Shown here in pieces: positions 18,900 to 27,057 of a stretch of DNA of 36,921 nt. The position numbers and the translations under genes are program-made. The notes below the pieces were generated by a model, which saw only the letters and a program-made list of their open reading frames with translations, made no database searches and had not been told where the DNA came from. The stretch spans positions 1-36,921 of the forward strand of contig JBKJZS010000409.1 of assembly GCA_046714915.1 (NCBI GenBank), written 5' to 3'. Every line of letters begins with the position of its first letter. Position 1 is the first letter of the stretch. Origin of the DNA: Polaromonas sp. (GTDB lineage Bacteria; Pseudomonadota; Gammaproteobacteria; Burkholderiales; Burkholderiaceae_C).

Positions 18900-20024
18900 C
18901 TAGCAGATCTCGAGTGCCATTTCCAGCCCGGATACAAAACCGTCTTCCACCCGATGGCCGATGCACCAGTCACCGCAGCTGCCTATCCGCGATCGGGCGT
19001 CCCAAAGAAAGGGCTGGCCCAGGGCTTCGGTGGTTTGGGCATGGCGCCAGCGATGCACCACGGCATGCGGCGGTTGGGCCCGTATGCCGGTCACTTCGGT
19101 GAAGGCCTTGAGCAGTTTGGCTTTGACACGCTCGCCATCGTCTTCAAGGTGACGCTCCGACCACTCAGGGCTCGCCTGCACGGTCCAGCGCTCGATCGCG
19201 CTGCGTCCGGGCTTGGACGATTCACGGGCCAGCCAGGCAATGCGGTGGTGCGTGCTGCGGGCAGCGTTCCAGTGCGGACCCAGGTGCGGCAGCGTGGGCT
19301 GCAGCGCTTGCGGAAAGGCCAGCATCAGGGTCCAGCAGGGGGCAATGCTGACGCCGCTCAGGGCCGGCATCAAGGCTTTGCCTTGCTGCGAGCTCAGCAA
19401 CAAGGCGTGCGCCTGCGGCGAGGGCACGGCCAGCACCACGGCGTCAAAGCCGGAATAGACCTGGCTGCGGGCGCCCGGGCCTTCGGTCTGCAACTGCCAG
19501 CGCTCGGGGTGCAGCTTGTCGGCCTCTATCCGGACCACCTGGGTTTCCAGCGTCAGGGCGCCGTTTGCGCTCAGCGGCTGGGCCCACTGCTTGACCAGCG
19601 CATTCATGCCCGGTGTTGCGACCCAGTGGGCTTCCTTGGGCGGCAGTGATGACGCCACCACGCGGCCCGCTTCATCGAGAATACGCACGGTGTTGGCGCT
19701 CCACGGCCGAACCAGGCCGGCGGAGGTGGCGAGCGCTTGTTCGAAGCGCGCATCGCGCACGGTGAAGTACTGGGTGCCGTGGTCAAAGCCACCGAATTCG
19801 GTCTGGCGCGTCGCCATGCGGCCCCCGAGGCCGCGGCTTTTTTCAAACACCGTGACGCGGTGGCCGGCCTGCACCAGGGTACGCGCGCAGGCGATGCCGG
19901 CGATGCCCGCGCCGACCACGGCATAGTGCCTGGATGTCTGCCGCGATGATGAGTAGGCCAGTTTCAAGGTCGGGCTCAGGGCGTTTCTGGAGGATTTCTT
20001 GGCGGATTTTGTTTGTGCTGTCAT
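18900..20024 (-). CDS. renalase-like NAD(P)/FAD-dependent oxidoreductase
   Basis: VVGAGIAG, FEKSRGLGGRMATR, FDHGTQYFT, HRWRHA, CGDWC..VEDGFVSG. Confidence 0.9.
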   Translation of the reverse strand: MTAQTKSAKKSSRNALSPTLKLAYSSSRQTSRHYAVVGAGIAGIACARTLVQAGHRVTVFEKSRGLGGRMATRQTEFGGFDHGTQYFTVRDARFEQALATSAGLVRPWSANTVRILDEAGRVVASSLPPKEAHWVATPGMNALVKQWAQPLSANGALTLETQVVRIEADKLHPERWQLQTEGPGARSQVYSGFDAVVLAVPSPQAHALLLSSQQGKALMPALSGVSIAPCWTLMLAFPQALQPTLPHLGPHWNAARSTHHRIAWLARESSKPGRSAIERWTVQASPEWSERHLEDDGERVKAKLLKAFTEVTGIRAQPPHAVVHRWRHAQTTEALGQPFLWDARSRIGSCGDWCIGHRVEDGFVSGLEMALEIC

Positions 20025-20033
20025 GGCTGGACT

Positions 20034-21023
20034 CTACACGCTGTGGGGACGCTCCAGCAATGCCAGCTGCGTCTGCGGTCGCGCCAGCTGTTCCAGCCAC
20101 CAGTCCAGCGCGCGGCCGTTGTGCGGGGGGCGGGCCGGCTGCGCACCGCCGCTACCATTTTTCCGGGCCGGCGCAGTCGCGCCGGCGCTGTGACCCCGCC
20201 ACGCATAACTCATGGGCACGGCGCGGCGCGGCCTGTCCACGGCCTTGACCACCAGGCGGCCGTTGTCGATGTAAGGCCGGGCCAGGTGCTCGGGCAAGAA
20301 ACCGCAGCCCAGACCGCGCAGCTGCGCTTCCAGCTTGTACTGCATGGTCGGGACGGTCAGCACATCCTGGCCGCCGAGCAGGCCCATGCTGATGCCCGCG
20401 CCGCGCAGGGTGGTGTCGGCCACCGCCACCGCACGATAGGGCTGCAACTGCGCATCACTGATGCCGCCGCTGACGCCGGCCAGCGGATGGTGCGGTGCGA
20501 CGGCAAACACAAAGCGCACCTCACCCATCGGGCGGTTCAAAATTCCACTGGACTGGGTGACTTCCACGACGCAACCGATGGCCAAATCCGCCTGGCCCTG
20601 CAGCAGTGTTTCCCAGGTGCCAGACAGGGTCTCGGACCGGATGCGCAGCCGGGTCGGCGGACTCAAGGCATAAAAAGCCTCGCACAGTTCAAACAGCGTG
20701 GTGCTCGAAATCAGGCCGTCGGCCGTGATTGTCAGCTGCGACTCCCAACCGGTGGCGACCCGTTTGACACGTTGCGCCACCGCGTCGAGTTCGATCAGCA
20801 AGCGATTGCCCTCGCGCAGCAGTTCCTGCCCGGCTTCAGTCAGCCTGGCCTGGCGCGATGAGCGGTCAAACAGCAACACATCCAGCGCGTCTTCGATTTG
20901 CCGCACCCGGTAAGTCAGCGCGCTGGGCACCACGCCGAGCTCGCGCGCCGCAGCGGCCAGGCTGCCGGTTCGGTGCACCGTCGCTATCAGGCCCAGGGCT
21001 TCAGGCGTCAGGACGTTGCGCAA
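20034..21023 (-). CDS. LysR-family regulator (YhaJ-like)
   Basis: HTH GSLAAAARELGVVPSALTY, LFDRS; divergent from a pirin gene; GGAGG RBS with TTG start. Confidence 0.92.
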   Translation of the reverse strand: MRNVLTPEALGLIATVHRTGSLAAAARELGVVPSALTYRVRQIEDALDVLLFDRSSRQARLTEAGQELLREGNRLLIELDAVAQRVKRVATGWESQLTITADGLISSTTLFELCEAFYALSPPTRLRIRSETLSGTWETLLQGQADLAIGCVVEVTQSSGILNRPMGEVRFVFAVAPHHPLAGVSGGISDAQLQPYRAVAVADTTLRGAGISMGLLGGQDVLTVPTMQYKLEAQLRGLGCGFLPEHLARPYIDNGRLVVKAVDRPRRAVPMSYAWRGHSAGATAPARKNGSGGAQPARPPHNGRALDWWLEQLARPQTQLALLERPHSV

Positions 21024-21037
21024 AATTCCTCCGTTAG

Positions 21038-21052
21038 TTCAAATAATTTGAA
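21038..21052. promoter_or_regulatory. putative LysR operator palindrome TTCAAA-TAA-TTTGAA
   Basis: Perfect 6-bp dyad containing T-N11-A, in the divergent LysR/pirin spacer. Confidence 0.65.
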
Positions 21053-21141
21053 TGATGCCATCAATGGACAACAATTATCAAGACCGTCGGGTCCCTCTAC
21101 ATTGGATGCATCGATTCACCCGGTTTTGAAAGGACCGCCAC

Positions 21142-21843
21142 ATGCTGACATTGCGAACTTCCGCAGAACGGGGCTATGCCGACCACGGCTGGCTCAAGTC
21201 GTACCACTCTTTTTCGTTTGCCGGTTATTACGACCCGGCCCACATGGGTTTTGGAAATTTGCGCGTCATCAACGAAGACCGCATTGAGCCGGGCACCGGC
21301 TTTGGCACCCATGGCCACAAAGACATGGAGATCATCAGTTATGTGCTGAGCGGAGCGATCGGGCACAAGGACAACATCGGCAACGGCGCGTCCATTCCGC
21401 CGGGCGACGTGCAGCGCATGAGTGCCGGTACCGGCATTCAGCACAGCGAGTTCAACCATGCCAAGGATGCAACGACGCATTTTTTGCAAATCTGGATTGA
21501 ACCCAATGTCAGAGGCACCCCGCCCGGCTATGAGCAAAAGACCTTTGCCGACAGCGAAAAGCGTGGCGCGCTCAGGCTGGTGGCGTCTGGCGATGGCGCC
21601 CAGGGTTCGGTGACGGTGCACGCCGATGCAAAACTTTATGCCGGCTTGTTTGACGGCAGTGAGGCCGCCGAATTGCCGCTGGACCCCGGGCGCAAAACCT
21701 ATGTGCATCTGGTGCGCGGCGAACTGCATGTCAATGGCCAGCTGCTCCGGGCAGGCGATGCCGCCATGCTCGAAGCAGAAAGCCGGTTGCACCTTGGCCA
21801 GGGCAAGGCCGCCGAAGTGCTGGTGTTCGATCTGGCTGCTTAG
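21142..21843 (+). CDS. pirin family protein (YhhW/YhaK type)
   Basis: HGWLKSYHSFSF, LRVINED, HGHKDMEIISY, QRMSAGTGIQHSE. Confidence 0.93.
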   Translation: MLTLRTSAERGYADHGWLKSYHSFSFAGYYDPAHMGFGNLRVINEDRIEPGTGFGTHGHKDMEIISYVLSGAIGHKDNIGNGASIPPGDVQRMSAGTGIQHSEFNHAKDATTHFLQIWIEPNVRGTPPGYEQKTFADSEKRGALRLVASGDGAQGSVTVHADAKLYAGLFDGSEAAELPLDPGRKTYVHLVRGELHVNGQLLRAGDAAMLEAESRLHLGQGKAAEVLVFDLAA

Positions 21844-21962
21844 AACTTGCTCCTGGCCCAGCGGGAACCACACTGTCGCATGACGTGCCTATACTTACGT
21901 CCCCAATCTTTCGCTTAGCCTCATCTTTTTCGTTTTTCATAACTTTCAACAAAGGGCTCACC

Positions 21963-22373
21963 ATGCTTAACTCACTTCAAAACCCGTTTTCACTGCTCGG
22001 ACGCGTGCTGATTGCCTTGCTGTTTGTCCCGTCCGGTTTCGGAAAAATCGTCGGCTTTTCCGCTACGGCTGGCTACATCGCGTCGAAAGGCGTGCCGGTT
22101 CCAGAAGTGGCCACGGCGATTGCCATCGCGGTTGAAGTGGGCTTGGGTTCGTTGCTGCTGGTGGGCCTGCAGACACGCTGGGCGGCGCTCGGCATTGCGC
22201 TGTTTACCGTGGTCATCACCTTCATCTTTCACAACTTCTGGGCCATGCCTGCCGATCAGGTCATGATTGAGCAGCAAGCTTTCTTCAAAAACATCGCCGT
22301 CGTCGGCGGCCTGCTGACCATCGCCGCCTGGGGTGCCGGCGCGTGGAGTATGGACGGCAAGCTCAAAAGCTGA
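21963..22373 (+). CDS. DoxX family membrane protein
   Basis: GRVLIALLFVPSGFGKI...HNFW...FFKNIAVVGGLL; ATG 21963. Confidence 0.9.
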   Translation: MLNSLQNPFSLLGRVLIALLFVPSGFGKIVGFSATAGYIASKGVPVPEVATAIAIAVEVGLGSLLLVGLQTRWAALGIALFTVVITFIFHNFWAMPADQVMIEQQAFFKNIAVVGGLLTIAAWGAGAWSMDGKLKS

Positions 22374-22399
22374 CCCGTCCGGTCTGTTTCTTTTTCCCG

Positions 22400-22431
22400 C
22401 AGGCCAGCCTTCCAGCTGGCCTGTTTTTTTT
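22400..22431 (+). terminator. Rho-independent terminator
   Basis: CAGGCCAGC-cttcca-GCTGGCCTG hairpin followed by T8. Confidence 0.75.
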
Positions 22432-22448
22432 GAGTTTAGGATAGAACA

Positions 22449-23003
22449 ATGACAACAGTCGTGGTGCTTTATCACTCTGGGTACGGACACACCCAGCGCA
22501 TGGCGCAAGCGGTCGCTGAGGGCGCGGGCGCGGAGCTGCTGGCCATTGATGCCGATGGCAATTTGCCGGACGGCGGCTGGGGCGCGCTGAGCGCGGCCGA
22601 TGCCATCATCATGGGCTCGCCCACCTACATGGGTAATGTCAGCTGGCAGTTCAAGAAGTTTGCCGATGCATCCTCCAAAATCTGGTACACCCAGGCCTGG
22701 AAAGACAAGCTGTTTGCGGGCTTTACCCACAGCGCTGCCATCAATGGCGACAAGTCGTCGACCTTGAGCTATTTGTTTACGCTGGCGATGCAGCACGGCG
22801 GCCTCTGGATCAGCCAGGGCGTGTTGCCCAGCAGCAGCAAGGCGGCCCAGCGCAATGACCCGAACTACCTCGGCTCCTACAGCGGCGCCATCGCGCAAAC
22901 GCCGTCCGACGCCGGTGCCCATGAAATGTTGTCGGGCGATCTCGCTTCCGCCAAAATGTTTGGCAAACGCGTGGCTGAAATCAGCGGACGTTTTCGCGCT
23001 TGA
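22449..23003 (+). CDS. WrbA-like flavodoxin / NADPH-dependent FMN reductase
   Basis: YHSGYGHT, GSPTYMG, WKDK.AGF, NGDK motifs. Confidence 0.9.
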   Translation: MTTVVVLYHSGYGHTQRMAQAVAEGAGAELLAIDADGNLPDGGWGALSAADAIIMGSPTYMGNVSWQFKKFADASSKIWYTQAWKDKLFAGFTHSAAINGDKSSTLSYLFTLAMQHGGLWISQGVLPSSSKAAQRNDPNYLGSYSGAIAQTPSDAGAHEMLSGDLASAKMFGKRVAEISGRFRA

Positions 23004-23060
23004 TCGGCGTCCACTGATCCATTACTTTTTTACCGTTTGTCCGCTTTCAAGGAGTCGACC

Positions 23061-23468
23061 ATGCCGATTGAACTCAGACGTGATCCCGCTGCAGCCATGG
23101 CGCAAAAGCTGGTGATTCGCAGTCACCAGCTGTTCGCCGATGAGGGCGCCGCAGAAGGCGGAGAAGACAAGGGCCCCAGCCCCCATGACCTGTACGATGC
23201 GGCGCTCGGTGCCTGCAAGGCGCTGACGGTCATGTGGTACGCCCGAAAAAAGGGCATGACCGTTGAGGATATTCACACGGTCATCACCCGCGACGGCTCT
23301 GAAGAGCGCAGCGGCACCTATCGCCTCACAGCCACGCTGCAAATCCGGGGTGATTTGACCGATGCACAGCTCAATGAGCTGGACGCCGTGGCAAAAAAAT
23401 GCCCGCTGCACAAGCTCATGACGGCCGTGACCACGGAAATCACGACGCAAGTAGAAAGGTTGCCATGA
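23061..23468 (+). CDS. OsmC/YhfA-family protein
   Basis: GPSPHDL..AALGAC and KCPLH two-Cys motifs; AGGAG RBS before ATG 23061. Confidence 0.9.
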   Translation: MPIELRRDPAAAMAQKLVIRSHQLFADEGAAEGGEDKGPSPHDLYDAALGACKALTVMWYARKKGMTVEDIHTVITRDGSEERSGTYRLTATLQIRGDLTDAQLNELDAVAKKCPLHKLMTAVTTEITTQVERLP

Positions 23469-24349
23469 GCGTGTTGATGAAACTCGGTGGACATGACAAA
23501 GACCTGGGCGGCGGTTTTATGGTGCGCCGCCTGCTGCCTGCCGCGCAGCGGCAGTCGGTGGGCCCGTTTGTCTTTTTTGACCATTTCGGCCCGGTCACGG
23601 TGGCGCCGGGCACCACGCATGACGTGCGGCCGCATCCGCATATCGGCCTGGCCACGGTGACCTATTTGTTTGACGGGGCCATCATGCACCGCGACAGCCT
23701 GGGTTCGGTCCAGCGTATCGCGCCCGGCGCGATCAACTGGATGACGGCTGGGCGCGGGATTGTGCATTCCGAGCGCGGCCCGGACGATTTGAAGGACAAG
23801 GCCTATGTCAACCACGGCATCCAGCTGTGGGCCGCCTTGCCGCGCGAGCAGGAAGAGGCAGCGCCGGATTTCGTGCACACGCCCGCAGCAGACATTCCTT
23901 CGCTGAGGGTGGGCAGCACCGAGGTTCGCGTTTTGATTGGAACGGCGTTTGGCCAAAGCTCACCGGTCAAGACCTTCTCGAAAACCGTTTACCTGGATGT
24001 GCAACTGGCCACCGACGTCCCGTTCGCATTGCCGCCGCTGGCCCCGGAGCTGGCGCTGTATGCGGTCGATGGCGATATGGTGGTCGACGGCGAGCGCATT
24101 GCCGCACACACGCTGGTGGTGTTGATGCCGGGTGCGACGGTGCAGATTGTTGCCAGCCAGGGGGTCCGACTGGTGGTGATCGGTGGTGATGCACTGGACG
24201 CGCGACGCTTCATCTGGTGGAACTTTGTGTCCAGCCGCAAAGAGCGCATCGTACAGGCCTCGCAAGACTGGCAGCGGCAGGCCATGGGCCAAATCCCAGG
24301 CGATGCAGAGTTCATGCCCTTGCCGGAGAGCAGGTTTATCGCTGGCTGA
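23465..24349 (+). CDS. pirin family protein
   Basis: GPFVFFDH, PHPHIGLATVTYL, NWMTAGRGIVHSE, WWNFVSS; ATGA overlap with osmC. Confidence 0.93.
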   Translation: MSVLMKLGGHDKDLGGGFMVRRLLPAAQRQSVGPFVFFDHFGPVTVAPGTTHDVRPHPHIGLATVTYLFDGAIMHRDSLGSVQRIAPGAINWMTAGRGIVHSERGPDDLKDKAYVNHGIQLWAALPREQEEAAPDFVHTPAADIPSLRVGSTEVRVLIGTAFGQSSPVKTFSKTVYLDVQLATDVPFALPPLAPELALYAVDGDMVVDGERIAAHTLVVLMPGATVQIVASQGVRLVVIGGDALDARRFIWWNFVSSRKERIVQASQDWQRQAMGQIPGDAEFMPLPESRFIAG

Positions 24350-24410
24350 TGCCGGGCCTGCGAGAGAGCCCCGGTGCGCTGGGCTGCCATGCCGGCCTTA
24401 AGAGGGCGGC

Positions 24411-24721
24411 ATGCAGATTTTGACCTTGCTCCCCTGGCCCGACTGGGTCGCCATACTCTGGTTTTTCGGCTGCTGGATTGGCTATGCCTGGTTTGCGCGG
24501 CATTACGGCATCAAGCGTCCGTCCCTTTTGCAAATCACCAACGCACCGTGGGGCTGGCTGCTGAGACCTTCAATGATGGACTGCGCGCCTACTACCTGAG
24601 CTTTGCCATCATGGCCTGTTTTTTTTTCACCATTGCATTTGCACTGGCCACAGCGGTAGTGGTGCTGATTCTGTACAACCGGGAGTTCCGCTCCGAAGTC
24701 CTCGAGGTACTGCGAGGCTAG
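24411..24721 (+). pseudogene. DUF599-family membrane protein, internally deleted and frameshifted
   Basis: N-terminus (DWVAILWFFGCWIGYAWFA...RPSL) and C-terminus (AAETFNDGLRAYY...LYNREFRSEVL) join out of frame near 24543; the middle is missing. Confidence 0.75.
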
Positions 24722-24814
24722 CCCCCCACGCTTGCCGCTGCCTGTGCCTTCGGTGTTGCGCTGGCCCTTTTACCCGTTGGAGGCGTTGATTTTCCTTCGA
24801 GCGGCCCGTCGGAA
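24722..24814 (+). repeat. family A element, copy A3 (degenerate)
   Basis: Starts immediately after TAG: CCCCCCACGCTTG...TTTTCC..GCGGCCCGTCGGAA. Confidence 0.65.
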
Positions 24815-24836
24815 CAGTTTTTTTTCGTTGAAACCG

Positions 24837-26150
24837 TCAGGCAATATCGCGCGCCAGGCGCAACCCGCTGAATTGCCACTGCGCGTCCGGCGGAAAAAAG
24901 TTGCGGTAGCTGGCGCGGATATGGCTTTGCGGTGTGGCGCAGGAGCCGCCGCGCAGCACAAACTGGTTGCACATGAACTTGCCGTTGTATTCGCCGACCA
25001 GGCCCTCCCAGGGCTTGTAGCCGGGATAGGGGTTGTAGTTGGACTGGGTCCACTCCCACACATCACCAAACATCTGGGCCGGGCTGCCGTGGCTCTGTTG
25101 CCGCAGCGGGATCGGATGGTAAGCGGCGCTCTCCACAAAGTTTCCCAGCGGGGTTGGCACACTGCGCGCGGCGAGTTCCCATTCAAATTCGGTTGGCAAA
25201 CGCGCTTCGGCCCAACGGGCATAAGCGTCGGCTTCAAAATAACTGAGGTGGCATACCGGCGTGTTCGGGTCCACCTGCACCAGGCCCTGCAGGGTGAAGT
25301 TGCGGTAATCGCCAGATTCACCCTGCCAGTACAGCGGCATTGTTGGCCGGTTTGTTCGCACCCAGTCCCAACCCATGGCCAGCCACAGATCGGGCCGCTG
25401 GTAGCCAGCGTCCTCGATGAAGGCCGTCATCTCGCCATTGGTGACCAGCCGGCTACCGATTTCAAACGGAGCCAGACAGACCTGGTGGCGCGGCGTTTCA
25501 TTGTCAAAGCCAAACGAACCGTCTGTTGTCTGATCGAAACCATGCGCCAGCAGGCCGCCAGTGAACCCGATCCAGCGCAGGGTCTGCGGGCTGATTCCGG
25601 CCAGCGGCCAGTGTTGAGCATAAGCCGGCCGAGCCGGGTTGAAGGACAGTGCGTGTTTGATGTCTGTCAGCAGCAATTCCTGGTGCTGCTGTTCGTGGTG
25701 CAGGCCCAGCGTGATCAGTTGTATCAATTGAGCAGGTCTCGCATCACCGGCGCCAGTTTCAATTCTCTGGATGAGGTTGACCATACGCGCGTCTACTTGC
25801 GCGCGATAGTCAAGCACCTGCTGCAAGGTCGGGCGGCTGATCAGGCCCCGCTGTGGACGCGGATACTGGTCGCCCACGCCGTTGTAGTAGCTGTTGAACA
25901 AGGCCCGGAAGCTGGCATCGAAAGGCTTGAAGTCGGCCTCAAAACGTTCCAGCACAAACGTTTCAAAAAACCAGGTCAGATGGGCCAGATGCCATTTTGC
26001 CGGGCTGGCATCGGACATGGACTGAAGCTGGCAATCTTCCGCACTCAGAGGCTGGGCCAGCGCCTCGGTTCGTCCGCGTATCTGTTGAAAGCACTGCACC
26101 AATTGGAATCCCTGGGCGGCAGCATGAAGTGCAATGTATGGGGAAGGCAT
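24837..26150 (-). CDS. egtB: ergothioneine sulfoxide synthase
   Basis: SPAKWHLAH and HEQQHQE iron ligands, SYY + RPQR, FGE-like domain RLPTEFEWE, YRNFF. Confidence 0.95.
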   Translation of the reverse strand: MPSPYIALHAAAQGFQLVQCFQQIRGRTEALAQPLSAEDCQLQSMSDASPAKWHLAHLTWFFETFVLERFEADFKPFDASFRALFNSYYNGVGDQYPRPQRGLISRPTLQQVLDYRAQVDARMVNLIQRIETGAGDARPAQLIQLITLGLHHEQQHQELLLTDIKHALSFNPARPAYAQHWPLAGISPQTLRWIGFTGGLLAHGFDQTTDGSFGFDNETPRHQVCLAPFEIGSRLVTNGEMTAFIEDAGYQRPDLWLAMGWDWVRTNRPTMPLYWQGESGDYRNFTLQGLVQVDPNTPVCHLSYFEADAYARWAEARLPTEFEWELAARSVPTPLGNFVESAAYHPIPLRQQSHGSPAQMFGDVWEWTQSNYNPYPGYKPWEGLVGEYNGKFMCNQFVLRGGSCATPQSHIRASYRNFFPPDAQWQFSGLRLARDIA

Positions 26151-26249
26151 AAAAGATCAATCCATGCAAATGGCTTCGGAGGTTCTGATGCGTCAACAAG
26201 CGGGTCGGTTGATGCAGGGTGTTAAAAAGCTTCCCACGACTTGCCGAAC

Positions 26250-27004
26250 TCAAATGTCAGACGACACGCCGACCTGAACTCGGGGATTCAGCGCCGCATC
26301 CAGCGCCCGGCGCTCGTCAAACACAAAGCATTCGCCTTCGAAGTGGGCATGACCGCTGGTTTCAAAGTACTTCAAAATGCCACCCTCGAGCTGGTAAACA
26401 TGGTTCAGGCCGGCTCCTGCATCAACAAGGTGGCTTTTTCACATCGGATTCCACCGGTGCAAAAACTCACAATGGTTTTTCCTTGCAACGCTTCGCGGTG
26501 CTGAAGAAGAGCCTGCGGGAATTCGCTGAACTTGTTAATGCGCCAGTCAATGGCCTGTTTGAAGGTGCCGACGTCGGCTTCAAAGGCGTTGCGGGTGTCC
26601 AGCATCGCCACCGGGCGCCCGGCATCGTCATGCCCAGAGTCCAGCCAGCGCTTGAGCGTGGCTGCATCGACGGCCGGAGCGCGTCCCAGAGCCGGCTGAA
26701 CGGCTGGGTGGTCCATGCGAATGATTTCGCGCTTGAGCTTGACAAGCAGCTTGCGAAAAGGCTGTGCGTGCGACCAGCTTTCCTTGACCTGGAGCTCGGT
26801 GAAGCGGCTGTCCTGCCGCAAACCTGCCAAAAAATCATGAATGGCGGCAGCCGGGCCTGCCAGAAAGAGATTGATGCCTTCTTCGGCCAGCAGGACGGTA
26901 CCCTTGAGTTGGAGCCGGCGCAAGCTCTGCTCAAGCGCTTGCCGCAGCTGTTCAGGATGGTCCAACTGGATAAATTGATAGGCTGCAATATTCAGAATTT
27001 GCAT
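26250..27004 (-). pseudogene. trhO: TrhO/YceA-like rhodanese (tRNA U34 hydroxylase), frameshifted near 26414
   Basis: [30 protein letters not shown]; the conserved tail ([12 protein letters not shown]...[10 protein letters not shown]) continues in another frame to TGA at 26250. Confidence 0.8.
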
Positions 27005-27057
27005 ATCGTGTCATTGTAGGGAGCGGGAGCGCATCCTCGCCGTCCTAGAATGAAGCC

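Noticed and set aside
20110-20195. Low-complexity insert near the LysR C-terminus with a GCCGGCGC hairpin
   Set aside because: No match to the other repeat families in the window; may be an ordinary variable linker
24837-27004. Rhodanese next to egtB as the anaerobic ergothioneine synthase EanB, or a selenoneine cluster
   Set aside because: Motifs ([14 protein letters not shown]) are TrhO/YceA type; no senB glycosyltransferase or selD in the window
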